Position numbers and translations under genes: made by a program. A stretch of DNA of 64,000 nt from Elusimicrobiales bacterium (GTDB lineage Bacteria; Elusimicrobiota; Elusimicrobia; Elusimicrobiales; UBA9959), in contig JBFXJL010000001.1 of NCBI GenBank assembly GCA_050174915.1, forward strand, positions 411,346 through 475,345. The letters are read 5' to 3'. Shown here in pieces: positions 17,101 through 26,500 of the stretch. The notes beneath the pieces were generated by a model. It had not been told where the DNA came from and ran no database searches. It saw nothing but the letters and a program-made list of their open reading frames with translations. Position 1 is the stretch's first letter. Each line of letters opens with the position of its first letter.

Positions 17101-18126
17101 TTATTCCCAGACGCCGGGGAGCTTCTGTCCGCAGGGGCAGGCGCCGCCCGGGCCGAGCAGGTTCGCCGTGACGGCGAAACCTTCCCGCTTTATCACTTCT
17201 TTGCCGCAGGCCGGGCAGGCGGTATGCTGCCCCTGAGCGCCCCGCACATTACCGCAGTACACGTAGCGCAGGCCGGCGGCCTGGCCCAGGCGCCTGGCCC
17301 GGGCCAGCGTCTCCGGCGGGGTGGGCCGGGCGTCGGCCATCTTGTAGTCCGGGTGAAAAGCCGTAAGGTGCCAGGGGATATCCGGCGACAGCCCTGCGAT
17401 GAAACCGGCCATTTGCTCTATCTCGCCGTCGGAATCGTTGAAGCCGGGGATCAGCAGCGTCACTATCTCCAGCCAGAAGCCCGCGGCCTTGATGGCGCGT
17501 ATGCCGTCGAGCACCCGGTCCAGCCTGGCGCCGCATACCTTGGAATAGTTCTCGGCGCTGAAACATTTTAAGTCCACTTTCCAGAAATCCATCACCGGCC
17601 GCAGCAGGGCGGCGGCCTCAGGCGTGGCGTAACCGTTGGAGACGAAGGCCGAGCGCAGCCCCAGTTTCTTTCCCTCGGCGAAGACCGCGGCGGCCCACTC
17701 GGCCGTTATCAGCGGCTCGTTATAGGTGGAGACCAGCAGCCGCGCGCCGGAATCTTTGGCCGCGGCGGCCAGGGCGGCGGCGGAGACTTCCTCCGGCTCC
17801 GCGCCGGCGGCCGAGCCCAGGTCGGAGAGCTGCCAGTTCTGGCAGAAACCGCAGTGAAAATTGCAGCCGTACATGCCGAAAGACAGCGTGCGCGCGCCCG
17901 GCAGCACGTGGAAGAAAGGCTTCTTCTCTACCGGGTCGGGAGCGGCGCCGGAGACGTAGCCCCACGGGGCCCGCAGCACGCCGCCCCTGGCGAAGCGCAC
18001 GCCGCAGATACCGGTCCCGCCTTCGGGCACGGCGCAACGGTGCGCGCAGGCCAGACAACGTACGCGGCCTCCGGCCATCTTCCCGGATAGGCCGGCTTCA
18101 CGGGTTAATTGAGGGAGAAAAAGCAT
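17101..18126 (-). CDS. amrS: AmmeMemoRadiSam-system radical SAM enzyme
   Basis: 341 aa. An N-terminal Cys cluster is followed by the radical SAM motif CNFHCGFCQNW, and a C-terminal CPACG..CPCG zinc-ribbon-like end. Confidence 0.8.
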   Translation of the reverse strand: MLFLPQLTREAGLSGKMAGGRVRCLACAHRCAVPEGGTGICGVRFARGGVLRAPWGYVSGAAPDPVEKKPFFHVLPGARTLSFGMYGCNFHCGFCQNWQLSDLGSAAGAEPEEVSAAALAAAAKDSGARLLVSTYNEPLITAEWAAAVFAEGKKLGLRSAFVSNGYATPEAAALLRPVMDFWKVDLKCFSAENYSKVCGARLDRVLDGIRAIKAAGFWLEIVTLLIPGFNDSDGEIEQMAGFIAGLSPDIPWHLTAFHPDYKMADARPTPPETLARARRLGQAAGLRYVYCGNVRGAQGQHTACPACGKEVIKREGFAVTANLLGPGGACPCGQKLPGVWE

Positions 18127-19022
18127 CAGCGCGCCTGCAGGCTGGGCTTGGGGGCTATGACCCTGAGGGCGGAGGGCAGCACCGTGAAGCGGATGCGGCC
18201 GTCGTGGGAATAGAAGTCTTCGCCGTCGAGGTGATACCAGGCCCCTCCGCCGCAGTTGAACTCTATGATGCGGCCTTTGTAGGCGGAATAAATGCCGGGG
18301 TGGCGGTCCAGGGTGCCGCGGAACAGGGCCGGCACGGCGGCCAGCAGTTTATACAGCGGGGCTTTTTTCAGGGAAACGAGGTCCAGCAGGCCGTCGTCTA
18401 TATAGGCGCCGGGGGCCACCCGCGCCCCGCCGCCGTACTGCACGCCGTTGAGCACCGCGTTCACCAGGGCCGTCAGTTCCAGCCGCCGGCCGTCGAGGCT
18501 GACGGTGACCGGCTTCGGTTTATAAGAGAGCAGGCGCCGGGCGGCGTGCCACACATAGGGCAGGATGCCGCGCCGCGAGCCCAGGGAATTGAAATCGTGA
18601 GCCACCTCGGCGTCCAGCCCCACGCCGCCGGAAACCAGGAAAGGCCGGCCGTTGGCCAGCCCGGCGTCCACCGGGCGGGGTTCCCACTCCAGCAGCCCTT
18701 GCAGCGCCGCGTCGAAGCGCAGCGGGATATACAGGTTGCGGGCCAGGCCGTTGCCGGAACCGCAGGGGAGAATGCCCAGCGCGGCCACCTTGCCGATGAG
18801 CGGGATGGCCGCCTCGCGGATGGTGCCGTCGCCGCCCGCAGCTATGATACGGGAGAAACCCGCCAGCACCGCGCGCGCCGAGAGTTCGGAAGCGTGGTCG
18901 CGGGCCGCGGTAAAAGCGATCTCGCAGCGCAGCCGGCGGCCGGAAAAAAAGCGTTCTATCCGCTCGCGGACGTTGCCGTGGCGCAGGCCGGCCTTGGGGT
19001 TGATGATGAAAAAGTAGGACAT
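18126..19022 (-). CDS. diacylglycerol-kinase-family lipid kinase (YegS/BmrU-like)
   Basis: 298 aa with AAGGDGTIREA and ILPCGSGNGLARNL motifs. It overlaps both neighbours by 1 nt. Confidence 0.85.
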   Translation of the reverse strand: MSYFFIINPKAGLRHGNVRERIERFFSGRRLRCEIAFTAARDHASELSARAVLAGFSRIIAAGGDGTIREAAIPLIGKVAALGILPCGSGNGLARNLYIPLRFDAALQGLLEWEPRPVDAGLANGRPFLVSGGVGLDAEVAHDFNSLGSRRGILPYVWHAARRLLSYKPKPVTVSLDGRRLELTALVNAVLNGVQYGGGARVAPGAYIDDGLLDLVSLKKAPLYKLLAAVPALFRGTLDRHPGIYSAYKGRIIEFNCGGGAWYHLDGEDFYSHDGRIRFTVLPSALRVIAPKPSLQAR

Positions 19023-19675
19023 TACTCCGTGGCGCTGAGGCCGGTGGCCCAGTCCGCCTTGGCGCCAGTGGGCTCTATGGCCAGCAGCGTATTGCCGGCC
19101 GCGGACGAGCCTTTGCCGCAGCGGAAGCGAACTTTATAAACGTAGCCGATGCGCAGGTCCGGCTTTGCCCCGAGCACGCCGGAGTCTTCCACGTACAGGT
19201 AGTCTATCTCCTTGCCCCGGCCCGAATAGACCAGGTTGAGCCGCCAGCCGGAGGGGACGCGCTTGGCCGTTATCATCTGCAGCTGCATTTCCAGGTCGCG
19301 GCCCTCGTAGCGTTCAGGACGGGCGAAGAAGCCGTCTTCTTCCCCCCGCAGCGCTCGCGACTCGCTCCTGGGCGCCTCTTCCATCACGATCTCGGCGGGG
19401 CGGGGCGCAGCGGGAGCTATGACGGGGGCAGGCAAGGGCGGCGCCGGCTCCTCAGCTTCAGGCTCCAGGTCGGGCGGCGCCTCCGGCTCGTCTGACTCCT
19501 CCCCCTCGCCGTCCGCGGCCTGCGCCGGGGGCTGCGGGGAATAAGGAGTTTGGAAAGAAGCGGGATGGGCCGGGGGTCTGGAGGGATAGAACTTGTCCTT
19601 GAGAATGAAGCCAAGGATGATCCCTATGAAGAAAAGAAGAAAGGTATTCAGCGCCCTGAGGCGGAAGAAATTCAT
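19022..19675 (-). CDS. hypothetical membrane-anchored protein with Pro/Glu-rich linker and C-terminal beta domain
   Basis: 217 aa. One N-terminal TM helix, an acidic Pro-rich segment of about 80 aa, then a globular C-terminal domain of about 100 aa. No family recognised. Confidence 0.55.
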   Translation of the reverse strand: MNFFRLRALNTFLLFFIGIILGFILKDKFYPSRPPAHPASFQTPYSPQPPAQAADGEGEESDEPEAPPDLEPEAEEPAPPLPAPVIAPAAPRPAEIVMEEAPRSESRALRGEEDGFFARPERYEGRDLEMQLQMITAKRVPSGWRLNLVYSGRGKEIDYLYVEDSGVLGAKPDLRIGYVYKVRFRCGKGSSAAGNTLLAIEPTGAKADWATGLSATE

Positions 19676-19732
19676 GTCTTGATTTTATAATATTTGCGGT
19701 ATATTGTATATTTGAGGAATAAGGAGGATTTT

Positions 19733-20467
19733 ATGAAAAAGATATTACTGGCCGCGTCCCTTTTACTTCCCGCGCTGCCGCTGCTAGCCGCCCCCCCGGG
19801 CTGCCTTTACGACCTGGGCGGAACCGTTGAAATTTACAAGGAGGGCACTCCCGGCTGGGCCCCCGCGCGCAAAGGCGACACGCTGGACCAGGGCGACAAG
19901 GTGCGCACCGGCGAGAAGGCCTGGTGCGAACTGCTGCTGCGCGACGGCAGCTACGTTAAACTGGATGGCGGCTCCGAGACCGCCGCCGACGAGCTTAAAA
20001 CCTCGGCTGACGGGCGCTTCTTCTCCTTCTCCTTCCTCCGGGGCAAGGCGCTTTGGATGGCCGCCAGGCTGAAGGCCAAGGCCGCCTCTAAGTTCTCGGT
20101 CAGGACCCCCTCGGCCGTTTGCGCGGTGCGCGGCACGGATTTTTCCATAGCCGTCTCCACGGCCGGCGAAACCACGGTGGGCCTGTTCGAAGGGGCGGTA
20201 GCGGTAGGCAGCGGCTCGCAGGAGACCGAGATCGCCGCCGGCCAGGAGGCTTCAGCCGGCCCGGGCGGGCTGACGGTAGAAGGCCGGCTCTCGAAGTTCA
20301 TGAAAGCCGAAGAGCGCCGCTGCGCCAAGGTGCGCAACCGGGTGGCGGGGCTGCGCAAGCGCCTCGCCGAGCGGGAGACTTTCCTCGACGAGTACATGGC
20401 CAAGCAGGCAAAGAAACTGGCCGACTTCGACGCGCGCCGCGCCGAAAGGCTCAAAGGCCGCAAGTAA
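19733..20467 (+). CDS. secreted FecR-domain protein with C-terminal coiled coil
   Basis: ATG at 19733 with SD AAGGAGG and a signal peptide. GDTLDQGDKVRTGEKAWCELLLRDGSYVKLDGGSE and VRGTDFSI are typical of the FecR domain. Confidence 0.7.
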   Translation: MKKILLAASLLLPALPLLAAPPGCLYDLGGTVEIYKEGTPGWAPARKGDTLDQGDKVRTGEKAWCELLLRDGSYVKLDGGSETAADELKTSADGRFFSFSFLRGKALWMAARLKAKAASKFSVRTPSAVCAVRGTDFSIAVSTAGETTVGLFEGAVAVGSGSQETEIAAGQEASAGPGGLTVEGRLSKFMKAEERRCAKVRNRVAGLRKRLAERETFLDEYMAKQAKKLADFDARRAERLKGRK

Positions 20468-20486
20468 GCCGCCAGCCAAAAGAAAA

Positions 20487-20511
20487 AGGCCGGGACAGCC
20501 CGGCCTTTTTT
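20487..20511. terminator. bidirectional hairpin terminator between convergent genes
   Basis: AGGCCGGG-ACAG-CCCGGCCT, flanked by AAAGAAAAA and TTTTT. Confidence 0.65.
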
Positions 20512-20526
20512 CATTCCCCCGGAAAC

Positions 20527-21585
20527 TTACTGCAGTTCGGCGTCCAGGTCGTAAGAGGAGGTGCGGTTGACCTTGACCGGGCGCTTGGCGTTCTTGATGA
20601 GCAGCTGCGACAGGTCGGCCGCCCCGCCCCTGTGCATGGCCACGTCCAGCACAGCGATGCCGCCGCTGAAAGAGCGCACCCAGGAGGCGCGCACCGCGGG
20701 GATATTGCGCAGCAGCTTGGTGAACTCGCTGAGGTCGTTCATGGTAGCCACGTTAGCCAGGTTAAGGCGCACTATGGATTTCTCCCTGAGCGCCTTGAGC
20801 ACGCTGTCCTTAAGCGGGTCGGCGGCTTTCTTGGCCGCGTTGATGATTGAGGCCCTGGCCGCGGCCTGGTCGTTGAGGTCTATGCCGCCGGCCGCTTCCT
20901 GCACCGAGGTCAGCGTCTCCAGCGAGCCCTGCTTTACGGCCGCCAGCGAGATGCCCGCCCGGTAGGACACGAAGCCGCCGAGGCCCTCGCGGGTATTGAA
21001 CGCGGTGCGCGCGTCGCCCTTGATGACGATGTCGGCTTTGTCCTTCTCGCCGGTGATGAAGCCGGCGTCGATGAGGCGGTTCTTAAGTTCCAGCTCGGCG
21101 TAATTGGTCTGCAGCGGCTGGCCGTCCGCCGACTCGGAGATGTCGAAGCCGACAACCGGGTTGCCCAGTTTCTGCGGCTCGGTCTCCAGCGTCCGGAGCT
21201 TGGCGGAAAGGTCTTCCTTGCGCACGTGCGCGCGGATGCGGGCCTTGTAGAACTCGCCGTCGCGCCACTCCTTGAGCGTCTCGTATTTCTCTATGTAGCC
21301 CTCGCTGCGGGAGGTGATGCTGTCGTCTATCAGGACGGCCTTGGAGACCAGGGCGTCCTGGGAGACATACACGCCGACCACCAGGCCGAGGGCGTTCTTC
21401 ATGGCCTCGGCGAGGGCGGTCTTGCGGGCGCCTTCGGTATCCCCCCCGACTAAAGGGGCCATGCCTTCGGCTTCCACCACCTCGGTTTCGTATGCGGGAT
21501 TCAGGGCGCTCTTGCGGGTGCCCCCGCAGCCGGCGGCGGCGAGGAACACCACCGCAAGCAGCGCGCGGGAAAGACGGGACGTCAT
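20527..21585 (-). CDS. lipoprotein with FlgT_N/LPP20-like N-domain and FlgO/CsgG/LpoB-like middle domain
   Basis: 352 aa with lipobox LAAAGCG. The N-domain pattern is EGARKTALAEAMKNALGLVVGVYV..SEGYIEKYE..DGEFYKARIRAHV. The assignment is by pattern only. Confidence 0.55.
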   Translation of the reverse strand: MTSRLSRALLAVVFLAAAGCGGTRKSALNPAYETEVVEAEGMAPLVGGDTEGARKTALAEAMKNALGLVVGVYVSQDALVSKAVLIDDSITSRSEGYIEKYETLKEWRDGEFYKARIRAHVRKEDLSAKLRTLETEPQKLGNPVVGFDISESADGQPLQTNYAELELKNRLIDAGFITGEKDKADIVIKGDARTAFNTREGLGGFVSYRAGISLAAVKQGSLETLTSVQEAAGGIDLNDQAAARASIINAAKKAADPLKDSVLKALREKSIVRLNLANVATMNDLSEFTKLLRNIPAVRASWVRSFSGGIAVLDVAMHRGGAADLSQLLIKNAKRPVKVNRTSSYDLDAELQ

Positions 21586-21594
21586 CGGGCGGCC

Positions 21595-22044
21595 TTACTC
21601 GGCCAGCTTGATGCCGGCTTCTTTAAGCGCCTTCTTGGGCAGGCGCAGCACGACGATGCAGCCATCGTCGGAGGTCCACTCGGTGCGGACCACCTGCGCG
21701 CCCTTGATTACGGCGTCGATCTTGGTGGCGAGCACGGAATCGGTCTCTATGGCCTTCTCCACGGTGACGCCGCCTTCCAGCTGCACGCCCTTGATGAAAG
21801 AGAGCATGTTATACTGGCCGTTGACGATGGAGGCGTTGCGCGAGGTGGCCATGCGCTGGGTCTTGTTCTCCAGCGTCTGGTCGGCGGCGCCTATGCCGCG
21901 GGCGAAGACATAATTCTTGGTGATGCCTTCCTCTACCCATTCTCTCTCGATCTCGCCGGTCTTGCCGACCGTGCCTTTATCGGGGGACGAGGAACAGCCC
22001 GCGACCAACAGGGCGGCCACGGCGGTAAAAAGTAATCTTTTCAT
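21595..22044 (-). CDS. LPP20/FlgP-like lipoprotein
   Basis: ATG at 22044 with SD GGAGGG and lipobox LVAGCSS. ARGIGAAD..Q.MATSRNASIVNGQYNMLSFIKG resembles LPP20. Confidence 0.6.
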   Translation of the reverse strand: MKRLLFTAVAALLVAGCSSSPDKGTVGKTGEIEREWVEEGITKNYVFARGIGAADQTLENKTQRMATSRNASIVNGQYNMLSFIKGVQLEGGVTVEKAIETDSVLATKIDAVIKGAQVVRTEWTSDDGCIVVLRLPKKALKEAGIKLAE

Positions 22045-22160
22045 TAGTAAACCCTCCTTAACTTTCCTAGTAATTCTATAAACAAAACCCCATGGTGTCA
22101 ATTTGACTTATTATACTCTCGGCACAGAGCGGGTATGCCTCCCCCTTCCCTCTCGTAAAG

Positions 22161-22330
22161 CCAGCAGCGGGTGCGCCTTCGCAGGGGCCTCGCGAGCCCC
22201 GAGCTTGCGAAGCGCGAGGGGCGAGTGAAAGAGCCGGGCCACGGTGGCCGCCTGATGCGCATAGCGCTTGATGCGGCACGGCCATAGGCCAGTGGCCGAG
22301 CGTACCCGGAGAAGGCGTGCCCGCTGCTGG
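22161..22330 (+). repeat. nested-palindrome intergenic element, type 2, copy F1 (with internal insertion)
   Basis: 20-bp terminal inverted repeat CCAGCAGCGGGTGCGCCTTC / GAAGGCGTGCCCGCTGCTGG; its two mismatches are both G-U compatible on the + strand. The core is shared with 34147-34261. Confidence 0.8.
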
Positions 22331-22341
22331 CCCTTGCGAAT

Positions 22342-23523
22342 TTAGTAGATCCAGAAGAAGTCGGAGTCTTTCTTTTTTTCGGGGGCCGGGGCGGTCTTGG
22401 CCCGGGGCTTGGCGGGCGCGGCCTTCGCCGGAGCCGCCTTGGCCGGGGCCTGGCGGTCAGAGCGCGGCGCTTTGTAGTAGGCCTTCTTCTTATATTCGTT
22501 CACGGTTATCGAACTGAATTTATAAGAGAAAGCTATTAGCGAGGAATCATAGACCTCGTTGCCCATGCCGGTGGAGAAATCCAGGGACATGTCGCTGTAA
22601 TGCAGGCCAAAGCCCAGGGTCATGCCCTTGTTGTCCTCCGCCGCCTTGTAGCCCAGGCGCAGGTTAAAGACACGCTGAAAATGGTACTCGAGGCCGAAGC
22701 GCAGGCTCTTAATGGACTCGTTCATGTAGAAGTCGGACTCGGCGGCGAGCAGCACCGACTGGTCCATTACGGTAGGGCGTTCCCAGGCCGCGCCCAAGCG
22801 CAGGATGGACGGCAGCGGCGTGGTCTCAGTGCCGTACTTGAGCCCGCCGCCATAGTTGGAGATGGAAGCGCCCAGCGACAGCCCCAGGTTGCGCTCCGTC
22901 AGCAGCCAGCCGGCGTCGAAAGCCAGAGCGGAGGGCGGCGAGTCGTCCTCCAGGATGGTGGAGCGGACATATTTCACGTTGAGGCCCAGGTACTGGTCTA
23001 TCGCGGCCTTGAAGCCCTCGAGGTTGACCTCGTCCGAATATACGCGCTCACCATAACCTGCGGTGAGGACCAGGTCCTTCTGGGCGTCGAAATTTCTGGA
23101 GAGTACGGAACCGTCGTTAGCGATGAGGTTGTACTGGAAGGAGCCGGCGTCGGCCATCATCAGCGAGAAGGCCACGCCCGGCTTGGAAAGGCCCGCGAAC
23201 CCGATCAGGGGCAGCGGCGTGGCGCCGGCCAGGTAGTTCAGGGAAGAATCGTCGAAGCCGGAATGGTACATGGCAGAAGCTTCCGGAACATAGAGCCGCC
23301 CGAGCCCGGCGGGATTATAGGCGACTGAGTAGACATCGTCGACCACGGCGACGAAAGCCCCACCCATGCCCGCGGCGCGGGGGCTCATTTCGGTCTTGAG
23401 CACCTGCATCGCCGCGGAGCCCGGGCCGCCGGCGGCGGCGGGCAGGGCGCAGGCCAGGACTGCGGCGGCGGCGAACAGCGCCGCTGCCGTCTTTCCTGCT
23501 GTAATTTTATTCCTGGTGTTCAT
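22342..23523 (-). CDS. PorV/PorQ-like outer-membrane beta-barrel protein with Lys/Ala/Pro-rich C-terminal tail
   Basis: 393 aa with a signal peptide. The N-terminal motif SPRAAGMGGAFVAVVDDVYSVAYNPAGLG is typical of the PorV/PorQ/UPF0164 barrel family, and an alternating beta pattern runs throughout. Confidence 0.6.
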   Translation of the reverse strand: MNTRNKITAGKTAAALFAAAAVLACALPAAAGGPGSAAMQVLKTEMSPRAAGMGGAFVAVVDDVYSVAYNPAGLGRLYVPEASAMYHSGFDDSSLNYLAGATPLPLIGFAGLSKPGVAFSLMMADAGSFQYNLIANDGSVLSRNFDAQKDLVLTAGYGERVYSDEVNLEGFKAAIDQYLGLNVKYVRSTILEDDSPPSALAFDAGWLLTERNLGLSLGASISNYGGGLKYGTETTPLPSILRLGAAWERPTVMDQSVLLAAESDFYMNESIKSLRFGLEYHFQRVFNLRLGYKAAEDNKGMTLGFGLHYSDMSLDFSTGMGNEVYDSSLIAFSYKFSSITVNEYKKKAYYKAPRSDRQAPAKAAPAKAAPAKPRAKTAPAPEKKKDSDFFWIY

Positions 23524-23545
23524 AATAGCCGCCGTAGCGCGAAAA

Positions 23546-26500
23546 CTACCGGATCACCGCTATCTTGACGATCTTGTCCAGGCCGGGCCCCTTGGTCTTA
23601 ACAAAGTAGATGCCGCTGGCCGCCTTGCCGCCGGAAGAATTCCTGCCGTCCCACTCTATAGTGCCCTTACCCGCTGGCACGGACCCGTCGTAGACGGTCT
23701 TTACGAGGGACCCCGACTGGGTGTAAACCTTAACCGAGAGGCTGCCGGAGGACTGCACCTCGTACTTGATGATAGAGGCGGAGTCTCCGGTGATGATATT
23801 GTTGTAGGCCGTAGCCGCCGAGCGGTTGGCCGTCAGGTTAAGCGGATTGGAAACGCCCAGCGAGAGCACATGGCCCAGATGGTTGCGGCCGAACACCTCC
23901 AGGTAGACCGTGCCCACGCCGGGGTAGCGGGCGGCGAAGCCGGGCTGCAGGCGCACGCGGCCGGACATCAGCCGGCGGCCCAGGGAATCAGTATTGCCCG
24001 GGGTGGCCAGGACGGCCTGGGAGACTACCATGTAGGAGCCTGGGGCGTTGGTCCTGGTGAGCGCTATCGGCTCGTAATTGTGGTCGCGCAGCTGGGCGTA
24101 CTCGAATACCAGCTCGGCGCCGGTCAGCGTGGAGGAGGTGGGCGCCACGGTATCCGGGAAATAGGGATAAGGCGCGTCGAAAGCGATGTCGTCGTTGTCG
24201 TAGAGGGCGGAGTAGACGCGCGCGGACGCGGTACCCTGGGCCTTGCGGGCGAGCGTCAGGGTGTAAGGAATGGTGGAATTGTCCTCCGAATTGCCGTAGT
24301 ACATGTTGGGCGCGGCCGAAACCACCAGGTAATACTTCCCCCCGCCGTAAGGCACGGCATAGTTGAGGGTGACGAAAGGGTCCAGGGTTGAGCAGGGGCC
24401 GCTGATGGAGCAGGCGTTGGAGCCGGTGCCGTAGATAACGGGCACGGCTTCGGCGAGGTACTCGCGGTCCGCGTCGAAGAGGAACATGGAGTAGGCGTGG
24501 TAGATACCCTCGCTGCCGGTAGGCGGCAAGTCCAGCCTTGCGGTGAATTGACCTTCGGCCAGCGGCAGGGAATAATAGTCCACGTCCCCCAGCGGGTAGA
24601 TCGTGGCCGACAGGGAGGAGAGGCTGCTGATGTCGGCGGCGCACTGGGGGCCGTTATTGGTGTCGCACAGGCCGCTGGCGTTGCTGAGCTCGTAGGCGTC
24701 GCCGCCCGGGGCCGAGCCTATGCCGTGGTCGGCGAAGGCCAGGTTGATCTTGGTGCGCATGGCGGCCGTGCAGCCGTCGCCGGAGAGCTCCAGCTGGGAA
24801 CAGGCGTCCAGCATGGCCTCGCGGAAGTTGTAAAAATTGTCCGGGAAGTAGAACAGCGCGGCGAAGACCAGCACGTCGGCGGCGTTGCGGCCCAGGAAAT
24901 CCCCGGTCAGGGTGCCGAGATACCGGCTGCCGTTGGGGTTGCCCAGTTTGTACAGGGCCTGCGACAGTATCATGCCGTCCTCATGCACCTCGCCCCACCA
25001 GTCGGAGGGCATCACGCGGACGCTCGTAGGCTGGTTGGAACCGGAGAGGTCTCGGGCGGAACCCTCGCCCGCGCCGATAAAGTTGCCCAGGATTTTCTGG
25101 TTGGGATACGGAGAGCCGTCGTAACCCTCGGCCCAGAACGAGGCCAGCGCGAGATAGTCGGCCACGGCCTCGCTGACGGCGCCGAACTCGCCGAAATTGA
25201 TGATAGGGAAGATCCGGTCTACCGCGAGATGTATGTACTCGTGGCGCACAATGGTGCCGTCAAGAGCGAAGGCGCGAAATTTTTTATTCAAATCGCGGGG
25301 GCCGTCGCCCATGATGATATGGCCGTGCTCCAGGTCGTAGTAGGCGTTCATCATGCCGTGGCAGGCCTCGCAACCCGTAAGGCTGTCTGGTTGGCCGTTG
25401 GCATGCACCATAACCGCCACCTGGCCGCCCAGGTTGGCCGCCGCGCTGCCGTCCTGCTGCCTGTTGATGGTGTCGAAGTAGCGGCGTATAGCGTTGAGGT
25501 GGTAAAAAGCGTTGACCTCTGACAGGGCGGTGGCCTCCCCCAGGCTGGTGTCCAGGTTCAGGCCGGCGGTGGTGGTGGACCAGACCACGGTGCCCGTGGC
25601 GTTATTGCGGGTGGCGGGCGAGTTAGTAAGAACCAGGAACTTGGAATGGTCCACGGTAAAACCGGTGGACCCGCCGGAAGCGTCTGTCTCCATCGATACG
25701 CTGAAAGTGGGATTTTCAACCGCGGCGCCATAGAAAGCCGTGGTGCGCGAGCCCAGGTAGACGCCCATGGCGACGTCGCCGCTCTTGACTTTCACGATGT
25801 CCTCGTCGAGCACGGAGCCATAAGGATCAAGCACGCCGGCGCTGAACGCCGAGAAGCGCGGCATAACCTTGGCGAAAGTTCCCGAGGGGTACTGGTCAGT
25901 CCAGTCGCCGCTGTTTATCGTGAAAGTATTGGAATAAAGGGCGTTATTGGCGTAGGGGTTGGGCGTAGAATAGGGGGTATTCTTGCTCAGCCACACGCCG
26001 CTGCCGTTGTCGAAATGAGCGCTCTCGCCGCGAAAATTGGTGACGGCGAAGAAGGGCCCCTTCAGCGAGGAGAACACCTTGCCGTTCTGCTGCATGCAGT
26101 AATCGCCGTACTGGTCGGTGACCGTCATGCTGGAGTAGCTGCCGGCCCAGAAATACTGGTCGCGCAGGGACTTACGCACCGGCTGGGTCCAGAAATCCTC
26201 GGCTATGTTGAGGGAATTGGGATCATAGGAGGGCAGCGGGGAGACGGCGTAAACCGTACCCGAGGAAGTGCCGTTGGTCTGGTAGAGGCCGGTATTGCCG
26301 TTGCAGACATAGCGCAGGTCGTCGTAGCGGTAGAGAACGGAGCCGTCGGCGGCGTCTATATAATAGACCCATAGGCCAGCCGCGCGGCCGCGGATCTTCC
26401 AGGCCAGTTTCAGCTCCCCGGCCGCCTCGTCGGGGTAGATCACCAACTCGGCCTTCTTAAGCTTGAGCTGGGCGCCCAAATGCATTACGACCGCGGCCAC

